The position numbers and the translations under genes were made by a program. Of a stretch of DNA of 64,000 nt, positions 56,504 through 64,000 are shown piece by piece. The notes below the pieces were generated by a model. It did no database searches. It saw nothing but the letters and a program-made list of their open reading frames with translations, and was not told where the DNA came from. This DNA comes from a virus (Duplodnaviria; Heunggongvirae; Uroviricota; Caudoviricetes): positions 53,763-117,762 of the IMG/VR virus record IMGVR_UViG_3300027710_000010; one strand, 5' to 3'. Position 1 is the stretch's first letter; each line of letters starts with the position of its first letter.

Positions 56504-56944
56504 TTACTTAACCTCGACGATGTCAATCAAGCGTGGTTTCTTATCCTCAGGGATAATTCGCTCAATAGCAATCGACAAAATGCCGTCTTTAATTTCGGCA
56601 CCCTTAACTATCATGTGTTCAGCCAATGTAAACTGACGGACAAAATCACGGCTGCTCAATCCCCTGTGCAGGTATTGACGCTGTGCTGGTTCATCAGATG
56701 GTTGACTTACCCCCTTGATAGTAAGTTGCTCTTGGTCAACTTCAACAGTGATTTCATCTTTCTTGAAGCCTGCTACTGCTACTTCAACAGAGTAATGATC
56801 ATCATCTGTTTTTACTACATTGTAGGGTGGATAGTTTGTGTTAAGTTGATTTGCGAATCTGCTCTCAAATGTGTCAAACATTTGATCAAATCCTACAAGT
56901 GCTCTGTTTAGAGCTTGTGTGTCGAATCGTGTTAATGCGTTCAT
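56504..56944 (-). CDS. small heat-shock protein (Hsp20/alpha-crystallin)
   Basis: YNVVKTDDDHYSVEVAVAGFKKDEITVEV alpha-crystallin domain. Confidence 0.75.
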   Translation of the reverse strand: MNALTRFDTQALNRALVGFDQMFDTFESRFANQLNTNYPPYNVVKTDDDHYSVEVAVAGFKKDEITVEVDQEQLTIKGVSQPSDEPAQRQYLHRGLSSRDFVRQFTLAEHMIVKGAEIKDGILSIAIERIIPEDKKPRLIDIVEVK

Positions 56945-57031
56945 AGTTTTCTCCTTTAGTAAGCAAGAACGTGTTGGGCAACTCGCCCATTAAATGCAAC
57001 CCCAACCGGGCATTGCATGAAATTATTTATG

Positions 57032-57316
57032 TCAGATTTCTTCTAAATTCTTAATTGTGGACCACTTTTTTAGCTTTTCAATTTTAGCCTTAGTAGCTAT
57101 TTCCAATGCATCTTGAGTTATAATGCCCATCTTTTCCAAAATGCATATCATAGCAAGCATGTCGCCCAACTCTTCTTCCAAGTGTTCGCGGTTAGTTTTT
57201 GGTTTGCCGGGCTTATAGTTGTTTAAGCCAAAGCGACTGATTTTACTAACTGCTTGGATTACTTCTGCACATTCTTCCTGCAGAATATCCATCACTTCTT
57301 TAACGTCTGAATTCAT
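57032..57316 (-). CDS. MazG-like nucleotide pyrophosphohydrolase domain protein
   Basis: EECAEV ... EEELGD acidic metal-binding helices. Confidence 0.6.
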   Translation of the reverse strand: MNSDVKEVMDILQEECAEVIQAVSKISRFGLNNYKPGKPKTNREHLEEELGDMLAMICILEKMGIITQDALEIATKAKIEKLKKWSTIKNLEEI

Positions 57317-57843
57317 TCAAACTTCCTTCTCATTTTCTTGAACATTGTTTGAACTCCAATGGCCTGTCGTCGAGCATCTTCTAAAGCATGATGCTTATAT
57401 GCTTGTGGCATTTCTGGATCCATGCCTAAGTCAAACAGGGTACGTGTATCTCGAACATCCCAGAAGTTCCACGGGAATGGTTTGCCCATCTTTCGAAAGT
57501 AATGTTCTAGGATGATAATATCAAATGTTGAACCGTGACTCCAAAAACGACTGGATCCCACACAGAACTTGTAAAACTTTTCTAATGCTTCTTTACAGTC
57601 CACACGATTGTCTGGATTGAATGCTTCGTCCTGTGCGGCTTTATCTTGATCCGCCCACCATTTGATTGTGTTGTCGTCCACATAGGGATCAGCGAAAGTG
57701 CATGTATCTACATCAATGCGTAGATAAAGTTCGTCGTATACCTCATAGCCATTTGGGTTGAATGTCACTGCGCCCAGAGTAAGAATCTGAGCGTTTGGGG
57801 TGGTAGCTAAAGTTTCCAAGTCTACCATTAAATGCTTTGCCAT
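57313..57843 (-). CDS. DEDD-family 3'-5' exonuclease
   Basis: MVDLETL Exo I motif, later H..D block. Confidence 0.55.
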   Translation of the reverse strand: MAKHLMVDLETLATTPNAQILTLGAVTFNPNGYEVYDELYLRIDVDTCTFADPYVDDNTIKWWADQDKAAQDEAFNPDNRVDCKEALEKFYKFCVGSSRFWSHGSTFDIIILEHYFRKMGKPFPWNFWDVRDTRTLFDLGMDPEMPQAYKHHALEDARRQAIGVQTMFKKMRRKFE

Positions 57844-57908
57844 TATAGCCTTTCGTGTTATGTTTAAACTATTATAGCATAGTTGCAACAATAATCAAAC
57901 CATATTGG

Positions 57909-58121
57909 TTAATAAAGTTTTTTAGGTAATTGCTCTTTTTCCAACTTTTTCTTATAACGCTGGACTGCGGCTGCTTTTTTGCGTTTGCGTTTAGTTGTTG
58001 GTTTTTCGTAGAACTCTTTTTTACGTAGTGATTCTAACACTCCGTTATCTTCTACTTTCTTTTTGAATCTGCGTAAAGCTCTAATCGCATCTTCACCTTC
58101 TCGTACATATACTTTTGTCAT
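57909..58121 (-). CDS. rpsU: ribosomal protein bS21
   Basis: [54 protein letters not shown] aligns with bacterial S21. Confidence 0.85.
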   Translation of the reverse strand: MTKVYVREGEDAIRALRRFKKKVEDNGVLESLRKKEFYEKPTTKRKRKKAAAVQRYKKKLEKEQLPKKLY

Positions 58122-58537
58122 TGTTCCTCTTCTTCCTCGTCATCGTCGAGTTCATCGTTGTCTGTTAATTGAGCTACGATTGCATCTAAGTTGTAAATCC
58201 TATTTTTACTAATAAGTCCATACGGAGTTATTTCGTCACTAGTTATATAGTGTGTATTAGGTTGTGCTAACAAAAAAGTAGTAAACAGTTTAGTAGTCGG
58301 ATCACAGTTATCAATATCGACGATTGTAATATCGGCCTGCATTGCTACACTCAACAACCAGCTAATATCAGTTTCATTTTCATCATAGATAAAAACATTA
58401 AGTTCATCTATGTTATGACTTAAAATTGTTTGAAATTGTTGTTTGACATTCAAAGAAGGTTTGACCAATAAGTAACTCAAATTTAAATTGAACAACTTAT
58501 CAGGCGGTGTAATAACGTTTATTTTTCCTAAGTTCAT
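58118..58537 (-). CDS. hypothetical protein with acidic C-terminus
   Basis: 139 aa, ends DDDEEEEEQ. Confidence 0.45.
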   Translation of the reverse strand: MNLGKINVITPPDKLFNLNLSYLLVKPSLNVKQQFQTILSHNIDELNVFIYDENETDISWLLSVAMQADITIVDIDNCDPTTKLFTTFLLAQPNTHYITSDEITPYGLISKNRIYNLDAIVAQLTDNDELDDDEEEEEQ

Positions 58538-59973
58538 TTGTTAGCTTTATTTTTAATTCGTTGCCAGATGGATTCTTCAGATTGCTCGCTGTTTTGGACG
58601 TAGGTCACTGTCGAGTCTTCTTCACCTGTTGATCTTTCTGTTTGACTATGTAAGTCATTTTTTTTTTGGTCATTGGGTTCAATGACTTCAGTGAGATCTG
58701 GTCTGTTGCGTGGAAAGTCGGGATCAGGCGTTAGCTTGTTTACCTCGGTTTGCAACTCAGGAAAAATTTGGTAAGTTGATGCGATCTCTTCCTTTCTTTC
58801 CTGTGTTGTGTCTTCCCACGGCAATGTATTGATGATGCCAAGTTGTTTTAGTTTTTCATGATGCTTAATAGTATCATCAGGGTTCTCAGCCTTCCATTGG
58901 GACTTTGCTGATTTTTCCTTTTCTACTTCTTTCTCGGCCTCTTCGATCATTTTGTTCCATTGTTCTAGTGGTATATCTTCTACCACTTCTACAGGCTTTT
59001 CCTCTGTTGCTGTTATATCACCTCCTAGTGCAGTCAACGGTGTTTCGCTTGGAACTTCTTCTGTGTGTGTTTGTTCATATCCATAGTTATCCTTAGGATG
59101 TTCACCATGGTCAATAAATTTTTTGATAGCTACTTCTTCAGGAGCAGGTTCCGCAATTTCTTCTGCTGTTGGCTTTTCTCCGACATCTGCAACATACGGA
59201 TCTGGAGTATGTTCTTCATCCTCTTTCTTCCAACCAAATGTCATTTGTGCAGCCAACAACATGATAACTGCTAATGGATCAAACACTACAATGATTGTAA
59301 TAATAACCCAGGTAACTGCTTTTTCTAAAACAGTCTCATCAGTCTCGCCGTATACAAATGCCGCAATATATTTTAACGGACCAACTTCTGCTTCCACCTT
59401 ACGTACTTCAGCGGCAATGGGTGCCCGTTCTTCACTAAGCTGTGTAATTGTTTTCTGTTCGGCTGTAATCTCAGAAAGTAATCTAGTGCGTTCTTTGGCC
59501 TGCCCTCTACGTAGCGCAACTGCCTTGTCCGCACCTTTTTCATCTTGACTTCGACCCATAACTTGGTCCACAGCCTCATCCATTTGTTTGAGTGCTTTGC
59601 GGTTAGCATCGATGTTTTCCTTTGCTGTCTTAATCTTCTCGTCGTAAATTGAAATCTTTGATATTACATCGCCCGACACTAAACTTTGATCGCTGTGTGC
59701 TTTTGATAAAAATCCAAAGATGCCCATTGATGTAATAAGCATTAACACAATTACCGCAGTAGTCATGTAAATTTTCATTAATCTCGGAGCACGGCTCCAG
59801 TTTGCTTTTAACCAACTAGCGCAGACAAGTTTAGCAACTTCTAGTGTAGTACCCATCACTATGATAGGAATAACAGCCGCAGAGAAAATAGCAGCCAAAC
59901 CTACTACGGAATAGTAGATTGCGACTGCTGAAATTGTTAAACCAGTTAGTAGTAGTAAGAACGCTAAAGCCAT
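58534..59973 (-). CDS. membrane-anchored coiled-coil protein
   Basis: 3-4 N-terminal TM helices, long charged coiled-coil middle and acidic C-terminal region. Confidence 0.5.
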   Translation of the reverse strand: MALAFLLLLTGLTISAVAIYYSVVGLAAIFSAAVIPIIVMGTTLEVAKLVCASWLKANWSRAPRLMKIYMTTAVIVLMLITSMGIFGFLSKAHSDQSLVSGDVISKISIYDEKIKTAKENIDANRKALKQMDEAVDQVMGRSQDEKGADKAVALRRGQAKERTRLLSEITAEQKTITQLSEERAPIAAEVRKVEAEVGPLKYIAAFVYGETDETVLEKAVTWVIITIIVVFDPLAVIMLLAAQMTFGWKKEDEEHTPDPYVADVGEKPTAEEIAEPAPEEVAIKKFIDHGEHPKDNYGYEQTHTEEVPSETPLTALGGDITATEEKPVEVVEDIPLEQWNKMIEEAEKEVEKEKSAKSQWKAENPDDTIKHHEKLKQLGIINTLPWEDTTQERKEEIASTYQIFPELQTEVNKLTPDPDFPRNRPDLTEVIEPNDQKKNDLHSQTERSTGEEDSTVTYVQNSEQSEESIWQRIKNKANK

Positions 59974-59976
59974 AAT

Positions 59977-60420
59977 TTATTTATCAGCAAAAACCCATGT
60001 ATTTGTGTTAGTTTTATAACAAGCCCATTCTTCAAATGAACGCTGATCTGATTTTAACGTAATTACACTGTAAAGTCTACGGCACATATCACCATTTAAG
60101 GTAGTAGTTACCATCACTTGTACTTGACCGGTATGATATCCATCATATGAATACCATGTAGTTACTTCACCGTTGTCTAATCTGTTTAGCGCATGGAAGA
60201 CAGCTTGTTGATGTTTAAGACTGTCTTCTTTATTCAGCCGACTAAACATGCTTCGGTAGATATTGAAGATCAGTGTTGGTGCGTTAGTTCCGTAAATTTC
60301 AGTTTGATATACTGGCTTATCCCAACTATTGGCATAGGCTGTATTACTAATGAATATTACGGCCGTCAATAACTTCCCAAGTACCATCATACTTTTGGCA
60401 AGCATATCCTCTCCCTTCAA
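59977..60420 (-). CDS. secreted hypothetical protein
   Basis: Signal peptide. Confidence 0.45.
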   Translation of the reverse strand: MKGEDMLAKSMMVLGKLLTAVIFISNTAYANSWDKPVYQTEIYGTNAPTLIFNIYRSMFSRLNKEDSLKHQQAVFHALNRLDNGEVTTWYSYDGYHTGQVQVMVTTTLNGDMCRRLYSVITLKSDQRSFEEWACYKTNTNTWVFADK

Positions 60421-60670
60421 TTATACGACCGCTTGGCAGTTGATGCCTATACGGTGATTCAAAACATTGTTTTGCCACACCCATTTTTTTAATGCCAATT
60501 TGTTCAATAGGGTCATCATTGCACCTGACCACTGTTTCACTAGACACGGTGTCCTTGCCCTGCTTACGTATCTCTTGGCTGGTATGGCAGTATTGTTTGT
60601 GTTGCTTTGGAGGAGCACTACTGCACCCCACCAAAGACAATACTGCTAGGCCTAAGATGATTGCTTTCAT
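60347..60670 (-). CDS. lipoprotein
   Basis: Lipobox LSLVGC. Confidence 0.45.
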   Translation of the reverse strand: MKAIILGLAVLSLVGCSSAPPKQHKQYCHTSQEIRKQGKDTVSSETVVRCNDDPIEQIGIKKMGVAKQCFESPYRHQLPSGRIIEGRGYACQKYDGTWEVIDGRNIH

Positions 60671-60671
60671 C

Positions 60672-61139
60672 TCAGTTACCTTTTGATTCTTTAATCAATT
60701 GATCAAATGTAGCCTTAGGCATTTTTAGACGTACAAAAGTATAATGACGTTCGCCCATAGTAAACTGACCTTGCTCACGTTGCAAGTGTTCACGAATCGC
60801 TGTGTCACTTACCTTGTAAGAAATTACAGTACGGGTTGACTTCTTGTCATCAACAAACTTAATTTCAGTTTCGCTGTTTACTTTTGAGTTAATGCGTTTT
60901 GCAAAGTTGTTCATTGCAATAGCATACATCTGTTCTTCAGCCGCTTGTGCATAACGACTTTCGCCTGCACCACAAGCATAGACCATATCTTTGCTCCACC
61001 AGAACCAACCTTCAACTCCTGATTGAGCACAGTCTTGATACCAGCTAGGCTGTGCATACGTTTTACGGTCCTCGACGGTCTTCATACCTGAACAGGCAGT
61101 AAGCGCCGCAACGATTGGAATAAGGATTAGTTTTTTCAT
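60672..61139 (-). CDS. lipoprotein
   Basis: Lipobox AALTACS. Confidence 0.5.
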   Translation of the reverse strand: MKKLILIPIVAALTACSGMKTVEDRKTYAQPSWYQDCAQSGVEGWFWWSKDMVYACGAGESRYAQAAEEQMYAIAMNNFAKRINSKVNSETEIKFVDDKKSTRTVISYKVSDTAIREHLQREQGQFTMGERHYTFVRLKMPKATFDQLIKESKGN

Positions 61140-61339
61140 TTTGCCAACTCCTGACTTTGAGTTTTAACGGTGTCAACACCTTTATCAAGCATCTTAGCGA
61201 TGCCACCAAAACCTACTGTTGCCAGGACCAATCCAAAAATAGTGCCTGCGATAAAGCCTCTCATATCATGCCTTTCTGTGTGTGTTAATAGTAAAGCCTC
61301 TACAGTACATAGTATACTATAGAGGCCAGTGTTTGTCAA
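61136..61339 (-). CDS. small membrane protein
   Basis: 67 aa, two TM helices. Confidence 0.4.
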   Translation of the reverse strand: MTNTGLYSILCTVEALLLTHTERHDMRGFIAGTIFGLVLATVGFGGIAKMLDKGVDTVKTQSQELAK

Positions 61340-61357
61340 ACGTTTTGGTTAAATCAA

Positions 61358-61711
61358 TTATTTGAAAAAGATCAACGCCAGTAAAACTGCTTGGATAATA
61401 AAGCCAACTCCAATTGTCGCTACATTAAGCATATCTTTGGCAATGATTGATCGAGCAAACAGTAAAGTCAATCCTCCCCAAATCAAAAGGATGATGTCAA
61501 TTCCGGGTAACTTATCAGTTAGTCCCATTCCTACTGCCAAAAATGTTGGAATTGTTGCGGCATGTAATACTATGTTAGCAAGCCAGCCTAAAGTTTCAGT
61601 AGAAATATGAGCAAACTTATCTTTGATCAGATCAACAACTGATTTTACGAATTGATTAATTTTTTCCATTTTTTGGATCCCTATAAAATATGTGACGACC
61701 AATTTTACCAA
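61358..61711 (-). CDS. membrane protein (holin-like candidate adjacent to lysin)
   Basis: 117 aa, 3 TM helices, next to SleB-like hydrolase. Confidence 0.4.
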   Translation of the reverse strand: MVKLVVTYFIGIQKMEKINQFVKSVVDLIKDKFAHISTETLGWLANIVLHAATIPTFLAVGMGLTDKLPGIDIILLIWGGLTLLFARSIIAKDMLNVATIGVGFIIQAVLLALIFFK

Positions 61712-62213
61712 TCTTCTCTTTACCCCAACGTGGGTTTACGTAGTCCCCATGAAAATACAATGCATCCTTCATTATGTCAAGCCTAAAGTTTTCAAGCAAA
61801 ACTTTTTTGGCTACAGCCATACTTTCATCGTACATTTCCCGCGAACGAATTGGTGGACGTCCGCCGTTTTCACAATACCAACTAAATTGGCAAACTACTT
61901 TTTCCATGAATACATTTTTTTGGTAAACAACTCCGCATATATCGGATGGGAATTTTCCGCTTTCTGCACGATTCATTGTTACTTGTGCAACCGCTACCTT
62001 ACCCTCAAACGGCTCGCCGCCTGCTTCGTGGTAAATATTTTTTGCTAGACAATCTAGTTGTCTTTCGCGGTCTCTAATTGATACAACATCTTTGGAACTA
62101 ACAAATTGTTGATCCTTTAGTTTATCAATTTTACTTACGGTAATCTGAGATACTGCTGTACCCACAATTAAGATACCGACTATCAAGGCAATAAGCCTAA
62201 TTACTTTTTCCAT
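61656..62213 (-). CDS. SleB-family cell-wall hydrolase (endolysin candidate)
   Basis: N-terminal TM/signal anchor; LAKNIYHEAGGEP...VAQVTMNRA...YHG block of the Hydrolase_2 family. Confidence 0.6.
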   Translation of the reverse strand: MEKVIRLIALIVGILIVGTAVSQITVSKIDKLKDQQFVSSKDVVSIRDRERQLDCLAKNIYHEAGGEPFEGKVAVAQVTMNRAESGKFPSDICGVVYQKNVFMEKVVCQFSWYCENGGRPPIRSREMYDESMAVAKKVLLENFRLDIMKDALYFHGDYVNPRWGKEKIGKIGRHIFYRDPKNGKN

Positions 62214-62510
62214 AGTGTTCTCCTTTCACTTGGTGTTGCAAAATGCAACATTACATTAAGGGAGATGACCGACTACTTGGCTTCCAACCCTAAGCAGATA
62301 CTGTCTTCTCTCCATCAGCCACTGTAAGTTCATAACACTTACAGTACCTTTGGCAAGCCTGGCATTCCCGGAACTTCGGGTTTCTTCATTGGCCAAGACT
62401 CGCGGATTTGATAGCAACTTACACTCACAAATCAAATCTACTATCTTAGTTTCTTTCGAAACGATACTTTATATAGCTTTCAAAGTTCAATATAGGACTA
62501 AAACGGTCCA

Positions 62511-62894
62511 TTATCGACGCATTCTGGCTATATCTTGTGCTTCTTCATCTGAAAATATTGGTACTGCATTTGATTTATGCATTGTACCAATACCTTTAAT
62601 CATAGTACCTGTGTAGACCTTATCTGGTGCTTTAACACAAGGACCACCAGTAAACGGTAAGCTACCAATTTTAGGTGTTTCTCTATGATAGGATGGAGCT
62701 GTCTTTAACGTACCAGACTCCATCGCTCGCTTACGTTTACGTTCTTCTTGTTCAATGCCGTGACGCTTCATAAGATCCTTCCAACTTTCATCAAGTTGTT
62801 CAGCCTTACGTTTGTGCTCGGCGCTTGCCCATTTCTTTTTACCTTTTTTCTTACCTGTTGTAGTAAGTGAAGGATGATGTAAATGCATTGTCAT
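62511..62894 (-). CDS. hypothetical basic protein
   Basis: 127 aa, Lys/Arg-rich. Confidence 0.4.
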   Translation of the reverse strand: MTMHLHHPSLTTTGKKKGKKKWASAEHKRKAEQLDESWKDLMKRHGIEQEERKRKRAMESGTLKTAPSYHRETPKIGSLPFTGGPCVKAPDKVYTGTMIKGIGTMHKSNAVPIFSDEEAQDIARMRR

Positions 62895-62961
62895 ACGTGT
62901 ATTATACGACGACTTCTGTTAAAAGTCTAGATATTTTGGCTACACATATGACTAACCAAAA

Positions 62962-63162
62962 TTACTTGCCTGATGCTTCTTTTCGAGCGTTCTTAACGGC
63001 TGTTACATCATTTCGTACTTCTTTACAAAGTTTTGAAATTTCTTGCAAATGCTTACGTACACGGGTACCTGCCGCACCTACTTCTTTGTCGTAAAACTTT
63101 TCAAAATCGCCCTCTGCTTCTTCTAAAAGTTTTGCGAATTCTTGGAATCTATTTGTTGCCAT
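62962..63162 (-). CDS. small Lys-rich alpha-helical (possibly nucleoid-associated) protein
   Basis: 66 aa, charged helical. Confidence 0.35.
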   Translation of the reverse strand: MATNRFQEFAKLLEEAEGDFEKFYDKEVGAAGTRVRKHLQEISKLCKEVRNDVTAVKNARKEASGK

Positions 63163-63229
63163 GTTAATCTCCTATGTTATATTAGTTAGCTTCAGTACCT
63201 AGCCATGCCTGTGATACTGAATATGTGTG

Positions 63230-63730
63230 TTACTGTGTTAAGGTCTGTTCCAACCATTGTTTACAATCAGTCCAGTTTTTATAAATGTGGCTCTTGCCAC
63301 CTGCACTTCGCCATTCATTACAGTTACTATGTCGGTCATCAATCAAAATATCGTCGGGACTTTGACAATAACGATATTTGTCGTGACTAAATGGTCCAAA
63401 GAAAACTGGGATTCCTGGGAAATGTTCGTTAGCCCACCAAACTTTGTCTTGTGCGGCGTATGGCACACTGTAATCATGTGGTAGTGCTGTTAAGAAATAC
63501 AACCCCACATTTTCATGTGTTGTTGCATATTGTGTACACCATTGAACTAGTTCTTTGGCTCCATCTTTTAAAGGCAGTGTGCGGTAAAATCTACTGTCTG
63601 CCTTTAATCGATTCCAATCGGATTGCGGGATGCGTTCACCAACGGAGTGATCCCAGCGCATTTTTAGGAATTCTTGAGCGTGGGCAATCCAATCTGCTAC
63701 CACGTCGTCCATGTCTAAATAAATGTTCAT
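63230..63730 (-). CDS. HAD-family 5'(3')-deoxyribonucleotidase
   Basis: N-terminal IYLDMDDVVADW (DxDx[T/V]) motif. Confidence 0.65.
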   Translation of the reverse strand: MNIYLDMDDVVADWIAHAQEFLKMRWDHSVGERIPQSDWNRLKADSRFYRTLPLKDGAKELVQWCTQYATTHENVGLYFLTALPHDYSVPYAAQDKVWWANEHFPGIPVFFGPFSHDKYRYCQSPDDILIDDRHSNCNEWRSAGGKSHIYKNWTDCKQWLEQTLTQ

Positions 63731-63771
63731 GATGTAATTATACTATCATGCATTAAAAAGTCAAGTGTTTG

Positions 63772-64000
63772 TTATGGTTGAACTACGTTCTCAACCAAGT
63801 AATCATACCAAAATTGCCCAGTTGTAAATTCGCCAGGATTAGTTACAATAATAACATCGCCCGGTTCGCCACCTATGCTTTTGAAATATTCTTCTCGAAA
63901 TATTTCCCTCCAAGTAGTCGGGTTTTCTTCTCGGAACTGAATTGCGGCTAAGGTCACCTTATCAGGTATTACTACTAACGAGCCACCGTTGACACCGCCG
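63772..64000 (-). CDS. hypothetical protein (C-terminal part; extends beyond window)
   Basis: Open minus-strand frame running off the right edge. Confidence 0.3.
   Translation of the reverse strand, partial: GGVNGGSLVVIPDKVTLAAIQFREENPTTWREIFREEYFKSIGGEPGDVIIVTNPGEFTTGQFWYDYLVENVVQP

Noticed and set aside
40000-64000. Hypothesis that the right-hand 24 kb is bacterial chromosome with a prophage integrated at ssrA
   Set aside because: Attractive because tmRNA is a classic attachment site and CsgG, PBP, desaturase, ClpS and S21 are host-like. But gene packing, strand bias and interleaved phage genes (MazG, HO/bilin reductase, lysin, HAD nucleotidase, bS21 as a lone gene) continue to the window edge. 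No integrase or att repeat was seen. Kept as an open alternative, not the primary reading.

Overview
This 64 kb window is AT-rich (~38-40% GC), densely packed and mostly minus-strand coding. It reads as a fragment of a large (jumbo/huge) myovirus-like phage, probably marine, rather than a bacterial chromosome. Main blocks: (1) 1-4.7 kb: protein tyrosine/dual-specificity phosphatase, a DUF2828/TROVE-like protein with a vWA domain, and two SAM methyltransferases. (2) 4.9-12.2 kb: a very large minus-strand tRNA array of about 40 tRNA genes plus several tRNA-like fragments. It covers all 20 amino acids, includes an initiator-like tRNA with a C1-A72 mismatch, and is interspersed with small ORFs, one of them an RNA polymerase omega (RpoZ)-like protein. 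(3) 12.2-13.3 kb: non-coding region with three tandem ~95 bp promoter-like repeats. (4) 13.3-27.9 kb: an enzyme-rich cluster with three radical-SAM enzymes (two of the B12-binding type), SAM methyltransferases, a QueC-like PP-loop ATPase, an SDR, paired cupins and 2OG-Fe(II) oxygenase-like proteins, an AhpD-like protein, a GDSL hydrolase, a class II aldolase and a peroxiredoxin. This is a candidate small-molecule or nucleic-acid hypermodification locus. (5) 28-40 kb: HNH endonuclease, SPFH/band-7 lipoprotein, T4-type rIIA/rIIB, an AAA ATPase, and NAMPT (NadV) plus a bifunctional NMNAT/Nudix (NadM-type), i.e. a phage NAD+ salvage/reconstitution pair. (6) 40-41.9 kb: an HD-domain (p)ppGpp-hydrolase-like protein, an outer-membrane beta-barrel protein and a tmRNA gene that appears circularly permuted (two-piece), with tag ANAERFELAA. 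(7) 41.9-52.9 kb: membrane-lipid desaturase, DD-carboxypeptidase, CHASE2-adenylate/guanylate cyclase, a large Ser/Thr-rich OM beta-barrel protein, and a curli-like module (CsgG, CsgF-like, curlin-repeat protein, FecR-domain protein). (8) 53-64 kb: ferredoxin-dependent bilin reductase plus heme oxygenase, ClpS, sHSP, MazG, a DEDD exonuclease, ribosomal protein bS21, a SleB-like cell-wall hydrolase and a HAD 5'-nucleotidase. Rho-independent terminators and a recurring ATCCTGTTT motif upstream of tRNAs and genes are visible. All calls come from reading the sequence and ORF translations; no database searches were run.
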